The translations under genes and the position numbers were made by a program. From contig CM106586.1 of assembly GCA_048013815.1 (NCBI GenBank), positions 62,001 through 126,000 of the forward strand: DNA of 64,000 nt, given 5' to 3'. The stretch is from Setoptus koraiensis. Its lineage: Eukaryota > Animalia > Arthropoda. The first letter of the stretch is position 1. The number at the start of each line of letters is the position of its first letter. The notes below the pieces were generated by a model. It searched no databases, was not told where the DNA came from, and saw only the letters and a program-made list of their open reading frames with translations. Positions 54,801 through 64,000 of this stretch are shown in pieces.

Positions 54801-57800
54801 ACAAGGTTGATGATGAAGCGGCCAACAGAGACAGACATATTCTATTGTACATGACGTGTAAGCATAAATAGGTATAGAATATGGATGGCGGTCAATTGGC
54901 GTGGGCGCATTCCGTTTAGCAGGTGAAATTGTTGCTCAACAATGTTCTTTTTTCTTTGTCATAGTATTTTGCTGTTCTTTGCCGCCGATGATTGACTTGT
55001 CGCTAGCGCACCTGTCTATTGGTCGCTATCAATAGAGCAAGTCAGCTGAATTTTTGCTCATCGATTTGCAGTCAGTCAGTCGGGTCAGGTGAGTAGCGGC
55101 GGCGGCGGCTATTCTCTCATTTGCATGTACAAGTATAATAACATACAATATTATCGACAGATAGAGAGGGCGCAAAAAAGTTACCTGTTAGCTTACCTGA
55201 TAAAGTCGTTACAGCGTTGATGGAAGGCGTCCTTTTCCAACTTGGAGAACAAAGTCAATGGAATATCTAATATGGTGTCGGTAATTGTGGCCAATAAACG
55301 GCATAAGGACGCGGTCATATCGTCAACTACACTATCGCATCTCTTGCTTGAATTATTGTTGTTGTTGCTGTTGTGTCCACATAATTGGTTATCATCTCCA
55401 ATGGTTGCCATCACAAGAACGTTGCCGCTTGCTTGTTGTTGTGATTGGTTAATTTTGCCTGATGGATTAACACTAGAAGCTTTAGCACCTCCACTTACAA
55501 GTTGCTCTTTTTGTTGATGCGTAGTTCCTATTGTTGCTGCTGGAGGCATGCTGGCGCCTTCGGGACCAACGTCACTACCTGCCAATGAGGAGCCAGAGAT
55601 GGACGATGCCGGAGAATCATTACCAATTATAAAGCCTAATCGATGAGACAATATATCACTCAGTTGTACAATCTGATTGGACTGGAATACAACAAAACAT
55701 AAATCGGAATTGTTTCGGCATAAACTGTATACCAATTGTATCATCTTGATATAGGTTCGCGCAGGCAACGCAGGCGGCATGTGAAAATTGAGATCAGTTG
55801 AAGGCACAATCTTTCTCAATATCGATACCAAACATGATATTATATCATATTGAACAAGTGTATCTATGGCGTAACTCTCATATTGGGCCCTGAATAAGCT
55901 GGCATTGGCTAAAATATTAGATGGGGATGTTGCCAGAGATGGATTAATTGGTATCTTGCGACTAGTCAATTGTTTGATCAATTCCACCAGGAGCCTGTCG
56001 ACATTCCTCACAACACTTGTGGGCATTGAGCCAGTGCCAATCCCGGAATTCATTTGAGCTAGATCACGTACAATTCTATTTATTTTCACATATTGGGCCT
56101 TATTGTGATGACAATTGACATTGTGCACTGTTAGATTCATCTTTTCCTTAATTGTTGACTCCTCATTGTTAGAAGTACCATTATTCAAAAAGATATCAAT
56201 CTGAACTAATTGTTCCTGGATCGCCTGACATAACCAGTCGCGATTGTAATGTTTACCAGCTAACAGTAACTTATAACGCAATCTTCTACTCTTCTTTTCT
56301 ATGGCCAATAGACTTTCGCGCTCATCCGCTTGTATAGAAATGCCATTATGATTGTAAGATTCGTGATTACCAGGCGCTCGCGTCGGACTATCCGATGCTG
56401 AATCGCCGCCGTTAACTAACTCATCCGTGTCAACAATATGTTTTAAATTGTGTATTTCAATGGCCTCATTGGTGGTCATCAATGTGTCACCATAGTATTC
56501 TTTTATGGCAAAATGATGTTGCTCACTACGCAAATGAGTGAAAAGGGACGATTCGGAACAAATGAATTCTTTGCAAATATTGCACATCTTCTTGGTCATG
56601 AAAGGTTTTAACTGAAGACGTCTGGTTGAGCTACTGCCAACACCAATTATATTGGTGCCGCCAATGGACGATTGTTGATGCACACTATCCATTTGTTGGG
56701 CCTCGGTCTGACTATTGACGAAAGATTTGTAACGCTTAATACTCAATTCAAATGCTTTTTGTCTAATCAATTTCAAGTTTATCTCATGACGTCTCTTGCT
56801 CTGTTCCTGTTTTTGTTTTATCTTTTTCTTCAATGTTTGCACTCCAGCCTGATAGGCAGCCTTCACGGCGGACATTTTTTGTTCGCGATCTCGATTCTTC
56901 TGATTAGCCATTTCCAATCGTTCCTTCTCTTTAACTTGCTGTTGTTGTTCAACTTTTTGATCTTTTATTTTGCGCCTTTGCTGAATCTCCAATAATTTGG
57001 CACGTCTTTCAGCCTCAATAGTTTTGCGTCTTTCCTCCGCTGCAGTCTCTTTGGCAAGTTTCTCTTCTAATCGGCGCTGACGTTCTTCAAAAAGATCTTG
57101 AATCCGTTCTTCATGCTCCCTCTTTCGATTAAGTATCTCGTGGCGACGATTTTGCGCTTCTAAATTATTAATAAACTGAATCTCATTGACTTTTGAGTCT
57201 TCGTCGTGAGCCTTCTTGATTATTTTTTCTAATTGTTGCCGCCTTTTGGCTTCGGCTTTGAGCAATTTGTTTTCAACAGACTCTCTCAAGTGAAGTGCGT
57301 CCTCTTCTTTCCAAGCTCGCATCTCTTCCACTTTTTTCAAAATATCACGAAATTTGTTAGCTCTATCCTCAAGGATCTTTTCTCGTGCTTCTTGCGCGCG
57401 AGTCATTCTATCTTCGATTGATCTCTTCCTATGAGGACTAATGTATTTGGCATGTGACGAAGTAACTCTGATACATTTGTTAGGCCAATTGAAACTACGC
57501 GAATTGAATCTAACATCCTCAGCATCGTCTTCATCATCATCGGCTAGTCTGGTATTGCTGTTACTTCTAGATGAAAGACAAGTCATAACTCCGTTAGTCT
57601 TGGATAGGTCGATATGCCAGCCAGTATTTATTGGTTTACCATTTACTAGATACTCATTACTAGTCCGCTCGAATGAGTTATCTTCGTTTTTTGAGAGTTT
57701 TGCCGGGGCATCATTGGATCCTAGAACAATTTCGTTAATAATATGACTGAGAGTGTCCAAGTCATCATTTTTCATTCTTTTCCCTAACTCTCTCATTAAA

Positions 57801-58198
57801 CTAATCACGAGTTGGCCATATTGCTTTGGATTACGTACCGAATCGAAGCTTTGTAAAATCTGCTTGGTCAATTTGTTGATGTCATCTTGAGACAATAATT
57901 CATCCGGTGTTTCATTACTGTCATGATTGTCAACCACTGGCTGTTGTTGTTGTCTATTTCTGCTAGTTCGATTCTCCGAAGTTTGATGGGATAATTTTTG
58001 GTTCTTGAGGCTAGAAGATGGAGATTTCGTTGTGTTGGCACGAGTTTTGTTTTGATTTGCCTTGGGAGGAAGACTCGCTAAATTGTTGTTGTTTGATTTC
58101 CTCCTATTACTGTTGGATGACATCTTGTTATTTTCTATTGTCAACACATCATCTTTTTTGCCCATATTCTTAGAAGATTTTGGCCCGATAATCAACAT
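47241..58198 (-). CDS. SCAPER: S-phase cyclin A-associated protein in the ER; complement(join(47241..47407,47515..47620,49214..49405,49525..50317,53982..54137,55197..58198)), about 1471 aa
   Basis: Coiled coil ...KAHDEDSKVNEIQFINNLEAQNRRH; C2H2 finger CNICKEFICSESSLFTHLRSEQHH; C-terminal SGQRPTIVEQLCAMPFEYFS...LMPTFINSCYQN and ENRFPKDRW. All recall SCAPER. Six exons with canonical sites and phases 2,2,0,0,1; 4416 nt. Start uncertain: the frame is open to 58264 and the first ATG is at 58198. Confidence 0.92.
47515..47620 (-). CDS. SCAPER: SCAPER exon 5
   Basis: cttctgcag|EQILASQLNAQTNVNAPKGNNQHLLYNKNLTNQGL A|gtaagt; phase 0-1 bridges exons 4 and 6. Confidence 0.75.
49214..49405 (-). CDS. SCAPER: SCAPER exon 4
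   Basis: catcag|FTIASGQRPTIVEQLCAMPFEYFSRDKQKAILMPTFINSCYQNDHNSQLVKQELSLAILNNFID|gtaagt. Confidence 0.9.
49525..50317 (-). CDS. SCAPER: SCAPER exon 3
   Basis: gatag|A TTG...; LKMTQISGVLTLIYELL, LSLQLRHVCNYLLWYC, VDEIILILGNFTQANATNQ|gtattc. Confidence 0.87.
53982..54137 (-). CDS. SCAPER: SCAPER exon 2
   Basis: ctcag|T TAC ATG GTG..., giving SYMVGVGIVDTESVIMSQIQSGHSDENNLHKVLNFTASCITFVSSLVKALIA (cf. recalled SYVVNMGLIDKL...); donor AA|gtaagt; phase 2-2; not in ORF track. Confidence 0.85.
55197..58198 (-). CDS. SCAPER: SCAPER exon 1 (about 3 kb)
   Basis: 1023-aa ORF in track; donor AG|gtaagc at 55196. Confidence 0.93.
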
Positions 58199-58530
58199 CT
58201 TGGGTTTTGTTGACCCATATGATTTGTGAGATATTTCATTGTGAAATAGTGATGGCAATGACAATACTGAAGATATTTAGGTAAATTTTGTGATAATGTT
58301 GTGGCTCAAAACATAACAATTATACAATAAATATTAGTATTAATTCTGTTATACATCTCTTACAAAATGCCACGCTTATCATTATGATGATGAAATTATT
58401 CGCCGGTAAAAATACATTTGAAAATAGCGCGAAATTTATGAAAACTGTCATTCCAGGATAATCCTCGATCATCGGCTGTGATTGCGATTAATCGCGAACA
58501 TACTTTGCATCATTCTTGTTTTGATATACA
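58199..58530. promoter_or_regulatory. Bidirectional promoter between SCAPER and SNAPC3
   Basis: Divergent ATGs about 330 bp apart; 12-bp palindrome GCGATTAATCGC at 58484-58495. Confidence 0.65.
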
Positions 58531-59781
58531 ATGGAAAATATTTACAAATTAGATGAAAGGCCTTGGATTTTGAATAAACCGTTAAAAGTGTCCCATTCGC
58601 TGGAGGAATGGAAGGCGTTTGGTATCGAGCAACAGGAACAGAAACTTGCTGGAATCGACGATGGACGGAAAAAACTATTGGATAAAAAACTAGATGAATT
58701 CATTGCCAAGGATGACCATCTTTTCAACACTATGTTCCATCATGGAACAACCAATGAGAAATGTCTCAAAATTGATCCTGATTGTTCATTGAAAACTTAC
58801 ACGAATCAATTGGAGCATGCAAAGAGGTTGCTAACCGATCAGTCATACAAAGTGCGCTACCTGTCCTCACTCAAATACACCAGACAAGAGATACTCATGA
58901 GACACCTAGCCTCTAAACCAATAAGAACCCTCGTAGAAAAAATTGCACAAGATAAACGAAACAAGGAAAATAGTTCGGGTGATGACAGCACATCCACCTC
59001 AGAGATTCCGACTGCTACTGAGGAGCCTGAAAATAGTCAATCAGGTGTGACTGATATTACAGCCTTGTTAACTGTTCAAATATGGGCCCAACCCGACAAA
59101 GCCTCCAAACCAAAACTCGAAAGAGAGTTATTAGTGAAGAGTGAACAAACATTAGCCGAAATAAGACCACACTTTAAATGTGTTAGCGACTTTTCCATAC
59201 CTATGGATCTAAGTGATGATCCTGACACTATAGATAGAGTGGTAAATGGTGAACTATACAAATCAGGATTTTTCCTCATAGAAGACACATTCTATAATGA
59301 CATGCGCCAGCCAACTAACACTGATCTTAGCGCTGTAATAATTGATTGGGCCAGCAATCCCGGGCGAGGAATCGGACCCTTCTTCAGTAAACGAATGGAA
59401 GAAACAAAATTTAGCGATTTAACTATCAAATTAGGCTATCCATATCTATATCTGCACCAGGGTGATTGTGAGCATCTGTTTGTCTTTTCTGATGTACAAT
59501 TTGTTAAGTCGTCTTCACTCGTAGACATTGACCAGAAATTAAAATATCCCATTGTCACTGGCACCATGATAGGCGGTAGTAACATAAAGTGTTACATGTG
59601 CCACAAACGAACACCACATTGGTACACCAGATTTAATGAACGTTTACCTGTGGACCCATTCTATTTCTGTGAAATATGTTTTCACTCATTCAACTACGAT
59701 AAAGAAAAGCAAAAAATTGGAAATTTCAAAGCCTATCCCTACATCGACGTATCGTCAATACCTGAGAGCGCCATTATGTAA
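58531..59781 (+). CDS. SNAPC3: snRNA-activating protein complex subunit 3 (SNAP50), intronless, 416 aa
   Basis: SGFFLIEDTFYNDMR, LTIKLGYPYLYLHQGDCEHLFVFSD, and C-terminal Zn finger CYMC...FCEICFHSFNY...GNFKAYPYID typical of SNAPC3. Confidence 0.95.
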   Translation: MENIYKLDERPWILNKPLKVSHSLEEWKAFGIEQQEQKLAGIDDGRKKLLDKKLDEFIAKDDHLFNTMFHHGTTNEKCLKIDPDCSLKTYTNQLEHAKRLLTDQSYKVRYLSSLKYTRQEILMRHLASKPIRTLVEKIAQDKRNKENSSGDDSTSTSEIPTATEEPENSQSGVTDITALLTVQIWAQPDKASKPKLERELLVKSEQTLAEIRPHFKCVSDFSIPMDLSDDPDTIDRVVNGELYKSGFFLIEDTFYNDMRQPTNTDLSAVIIDWASNPGRGIGPFFSKRMEETKFSDLTIKLGYPYLYLHQGDCEHLFVFSDVQFVKSSSLVDIDQKLKYPIVTGTMIGGSNIKCYMCHKRTPHWYTRFNERLPVDPFYFCEICFHSFNYDKEKQKIGNFKAYPYIDVSSIPESAIM

Positions 59782-60334
59782 TCGAGCCTGCTATTAGTTT
59801 ATTTAGCTTTTACAATTGTGATAATAATAATGTCTTACTCAACAGTTATTATGATTTTATGATATTCAAGTTCTCAACCGTATGTCCCTTCATCTATCTG
59901 TCTTCATGGATAGTCGCACATTCAATCCATAATAGACCGTTGTATCTATTTAGATATTCCGGTCGTATTCACCTTAAAGTGACATATATTACGCCGTCGT
60001 CTTTGTAGAGCAATAGTTTGATTATTCTGAGTCTGTGACCTGAGGGTAACTGTGTGTATTATGTAACCTGATTGCAATTGAACTATCTGTGGTGATTATG
60101 AGTATGTGCTTATACTTGTCAACTGTATTTCAGGTCGTATCAGATCTGATTAAGCCTAGTAGAGTCTAACAGTGACAATAAAAAAATTTATCTTCAACTA
60201 CCAGTTCCATAATAAATCTTTCGTTGTTCTTGTCTGCCAATTATGGTGTGCGTTATCCCTGAAATACCGTAATGTTGTTTAGATAGGAATTATCTGTTAT
60301 TATAGTCTCCATGGTTTCGATAAAATCCCTCTCC

Positions 60335-60369
<35 letters not shown>

Positions 60370-60677
60370 CTTTCTCTTTTAATGTTATTGTCAATTTGTT
60401 TAGAATCAACTTAATTGTGTCACGTTCATTTATCTTAGTAAATTAATTCAGCTGTCCAGCACTGTATGTCGTGTTTAGGGCTCTAAACATGCCATTTCAC
60501 TTTTGTGTCAGTGTATGTGTGTTTAGATAGGTAAACCAAAAAGCAAAAAAAAAAATCTAGTTGTTGATGAGTCGCATCCAGATTTATATCCGAGTTTGTC
60601 AATACACAAAGTAGATGGTGATGAGGGTAGATCTTCGTGTTATGTCATTCGTAACTGGATAAGGCTATATTTCCCGG

Positions 60678-61735
60678 TTAATCTAGGAAGCCAGTTGAAA
60701 GGAGTCTCTCCAAAAAGAACTTCATATCAGCCAAGTCACTGTTTCTAACTATTCCCAATGACTTTAACATAGCGCCATCCATATTTTGAACTGCTACTAA
60801 AACATTGCGCAAATGATCAATATCTCCGCGCATAAGGTGCAACGCCTTGCCGAAGTCCTCAATAGTTCGGCTCACTTTGGCAGTAAAGAGAAAATTATTA
60901 TTTATGAGAAACAAATGATTTATTAATTAATCTCTATTAGGTGTGGTATGTTAACATTATAGTAAAGCTATGTGCATTACCACATGATTACAGACTGGAG
61001 TACAAATATTCAATGATGGGCTGACTAGTCGATAATTGCATGTATTATGTTGAACACTCGTATCTACTCACCCGACAGAGCCACGGCCACTTTTTCTGGT
61101 CCACCTAGTGGAGACAGAGCCTCTTTGATTTGACTGTAGGTTGTTATTTGATGTTATTTATTTGATAAGATATAGGAATAATTACAAGTTACATTATTAT
61201 TAACAAAAATAATGAGTCACAAAAATATAGTAGGCTAATTGAATGTACATGTATTTGTTTGATCCATTATTAACGATTTTTTAATAGAATTGCATAACCA
61301 TTAATCGGTATCATTTTCAGTTCAGTGTTGTCAGTTCAAGATTACTTACGATCCGAACAATTTCTCTATGTAGTTGGGTCCATGTTGCGAGATTAGTTGT
61401 TTCAAAAAGTTGGCCGTATCCTCGACTGGGGGTCTTTTAACGGCTGTACATAATCGCGAGTCTTCGTCGTAACTGTTTGGCGTATTCGGCGTGATTAGTT
61501 AGAAAGTTTAGTAATTAGAATACAACTGTTCCCAGAAAGAAGTCGAAAAACTATTTATAGATGATGTTTGTTCAGCAAAACAAGTATCCGCTTACTTACC
61601 CGCCAGGGGATCCATTGTATGGTGGACAATCAAAGGCGCCATCACACAAATACTGAATAGGTATACACTCGCCTGAGTCAGGATCCTCACTGGGACAAAC
61701 GAAAGGCTTTGCTGGGTGGCAAGTCTTTGATCCGG
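60678..61735 (-). CDS. IDLSRF-like peptide / prohormone-4 precursor (LDL-receptor class A domain), 5'-partial; complement(join(60678..60874,61072..61133,61350..61472,61600..61735))
   Basis: Spliced product GSKTCHPAKPFVCPSEDPDSGECIPIQYLCDGAFDCPPYNGSPGG|YDEDSRLCTAVKRPPVEDTANFLKQLISQHGPNYIEKLFGS|QIKEALSPLGGPEKVAVALSV|SRTIEDFGKALHLMRGDIDHLRNVLVAVQNMDGAMLKSLGIVRNSDLADMKFFLERLLSTGFLD* follows the recalled insect prohormone-4 sequence; canonical GT-AG, phases 2,2,1. Confidence 0.92.
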
Positions 61736-62254
61736 CTGAACATATAAACAACAGTATTTGTGTCGATTAGTAATTAAAGTTCGTGCTGTTTGTTTGATAG
61801 TAGATAGGTGGCCACAGTTATGCAATTGATTGGTGATGCAAGTCTAGATCATAGAGGTTGGATATTTACATTCAAGTTACATTCTATAGAACAAAGCAAA
61901 CGAATATCAAAATAAGTAACAACGTTTAACGATCAGGAAATTCAAGCTGAAAATGTGGGTGATCAAAAAAGAATGTTGTCAACAACCGATTACAAATGTG
62001 TGTGAATGTTTCAATATGGAACGAATCGTTCAATTGATCGACTTTATGTCACGATTAGTTGAGTTGTTCATGAAAGGTTGATATGATGCAACACCAAAGG
62101 TTGCACAGAGTGTGTGATAAATTGTTGCATAATCCAAAGTACTCATTGATGATGTTTCTGCAAAGTAATTCAGTGGAAATCAATTGCGGGACACTTTTTG
62201 TCAACAGCCAAAATACTGTTCTGATGTTGGTGCCCGTTGGCCATCGCCATTGAA

Positions 62255-62293
62255 CATTTAGACACATTTGGATAATCCAAATGTGTCTAAATG
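62255..62293. repeat. Inverted repeat, 19-bp perfect arms (CATTTAGACACATTTGGAT / ATCCAAATGTGTCTAAATG), 1-nt spacer
   Basis: arms are exact reverse complements. Confidence 0.95.
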
Positions 62294-62783
62294 GATGGTC
62301 ATTTAGATAGTGAAAGGGTGGCCAATGAGCAATGGCCTTGGCAATGGCGAGCAACGGCAGTTTCCAGAGACGTAATGTCATTCGTGAATGTAATGAAGAT
62401 AGATGAATGCGTGTATGTGTTCGCACAGTATCAAGCGAGTGATAAATGACAATAGTTTATATTGTATTGATGCTGACAAGCTATCTCTTTTGTTTGTTAT
62501 CTTAATGTTTGTTTTATTTTTATCACTCCATGCTGGGGATACGAAACAAATTGCTCTACATTATCGCTTGGTGGCTTTGTTGTAGTTGTTGTTGACAGAC
62601 TATTGGTGAGGCAAGATAATAATAAGATGGATTTCTGTTGAAATGTGCGGGTGCCATCTATTTATGCAAATCAAATTTATCGCTAGATTGCGCGGCGATG
62701 GCACTCTCAGCACGTGCTCGCCCACAAGAGTAATGCTTTGGTGTCGCCTATAGGTGTCGCCTAGATGGCAACCAACCGGGTCC

Positions 62784-62828
62784 AACTGGCACCGACTGGC
62801 ACCGACTGGCACCGACTGGCACCAACTG
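62784..62828. repeat. 10-bp tandem repeat ACTGGCACCG, about 4 copies
   Basis: read directly. Confidence 0.85.
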
Positions 62829-63067
62829 GGAGCCGGCCATAGTCACTGTGAGTTAGTCGGTCAACAAGAGTATTGTCAATTGTTAGTTTTCTAGTGTTGA
62901 GCTGGGTGCAGATGAGTCGGCTACCACTAAGCTCATCATTTGATATCTTTGCGTCACCGCTGACTTTTATAAAACTTTTATCATTGTTGGTGCGCCCCAA
63001 ACAACTAAATCCCTAACCACATCTTAACTCTCTCTCTCTCTGTCTACTCAACGAGGCACACACTCAC

Positions 63068-63285
63068 ATGTTAGGATAGACACACTAACAGTTAAATTAC
63101 TTTTAGCAGCAAATAATTTTTTGAATAATTCATGACTACTTGCATTACTGCTAACAATCTTGTTTGCTACGAGCTTGCCAATAGGCACAGGCGTAGACTG
63201 TCAAGCGCAGGTGAGACACAGCAATAACAGATCTATTACTCACAATGTCTGACTGTCTAGACACTAGAGAATCTTCTTTTTTCAT
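63068..63285 (-). CDS. Candidate 5' exons of the IDLSRF-like gene (63244..63285 and 63068..63197)
   Basis: Both have AG acceptors and gtgagt donors, are open and phase-compatible (0, then 1) with the exon at 61735. No homology recognised and the 46-nt intron between them is short. Confidence 0.3.
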
Positions 63286-63784
63286 CTGGTGCAAATAGCA
63301 AATAGCAAATATTGTACGTCTGGCCAACACAAACATTCCTCCAAAAACAACATGATTACATATTGAGCCTCACTCACCATTTTCTATGCGAGTCAAGGCC
63401 ACTTGTGACAGTGGCCATTTAGGGCCCCAACGGATCATCTTGAGATAGGTATAGAGATTTACTTTTTGTTCTGCCCTTTCTGTCCTCCTTCTACTGGCTG
63501 TTTTTTGGCTGTTGGCGCCGATGTAATTGCTCAAATAACCATTAGGGTGTGCGGACACGCAGTGCACAGGTTACATTAGTTGTGCTGACAAACATTGAAA
63601 GATGTTATAGTGACGCCAAAAAAGCGTCCAGAAATTAACTCAGGGCTCGGCCGTTGTTTGTTGCATCATGCACTTTATCATACAATATCGCGCGCTTATA
63701 TATAATAAATATAATATAGTAATTTCAATGGAAGGCGCACTATTACACACAACATACATAAAGTGTAACCAGCATCGGTGCCGG

Positions 63785-63885
63785 CAACAACAACAGCAAC
63801 AACAGCATCAACAACAACAACAACAACAACAGCATCAACAACAACAACAACAACAACAGCATCAACAACAACAACAACAACAACA
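63785..63885. repeat. CAA/CAG microsatellite with 24-bp higher-order period
   Basis: CAGCATCAACAACAACAACAACAA recurs three times. Confidence 0.85.
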
Positions 63886-64000
63886 ATGGACAACGATCTC
63901 TCTATTGAATATGGGGCGTGATGTGAATTCATTATGTAACGTGCATTAAATCAATTGAAAAGTAAGATGTGTTGTTGCTGACAACAAACAACCAGTGTGA

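Noticed and set aside
55242-57746. Plus-strand ORFs within SCAPER exon 1
   Set aside because: Antisense shadows of a coiled-coil-coding exon
61592-61825. 77-aa minus ORF in the track
   Set aside because: Wrong frame; the LDLa exon is in another frame of the same strand
1-64000. tRNA, rRNA, conserved miRNA and transposase signatures
   Set aside because: None recognised by eye; tRNAscan, Infernal and RepeatModeler would be needed to exclude them

Overview
Eukaryotic (arthropod, probably mite-like; inferred) genomic DNA in two regimes. About 1-53 kb is microsatellite-saturated and mostly non-coding. About 53-62.5 kb is a repeat-poor, compact gene cluster. I reconstructed four protein-coding genes by hand from GT-AG sites and frame phases. 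(1) A 5-exon, 936-aa LIM-homeodomain gene on + (22686-43774). Its homeodomain, post-HD helix and LIM-binding domain are Islet/tailup type, but its tandem LIM domains look Lhx1/5 (Lim1) type, so it is an apparent chimera and the main find of this window. (2) SCAPER on - (6 exons, 47241-58198, about 1471 aa). (3) Intronless SNAPC3 on + (58531-59781), head-to-head with SCAPER. (4) An IDLSRF-like peptide/prohormone-4 precursor on - (4 secure exons, 60678-61735; 5' end unresolved). Also noted: a divergent cluster of four CTCF-like motifs just upstream of the LIM-HD gene, many splice acceptors lacking a polypyrimidine tract, a possible cryptic small secreted-protein gene at 3.9-8.3 kb, several perfect palindromes and many short-period tandem repeats. 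Most ORFs in the supplied track are repeat-generated or antisense artefacts. No rRNA, tRNA, CRISPR or transposase was recognised. Family comparisons rely on reference sequences recalled from memory, not on database searches.
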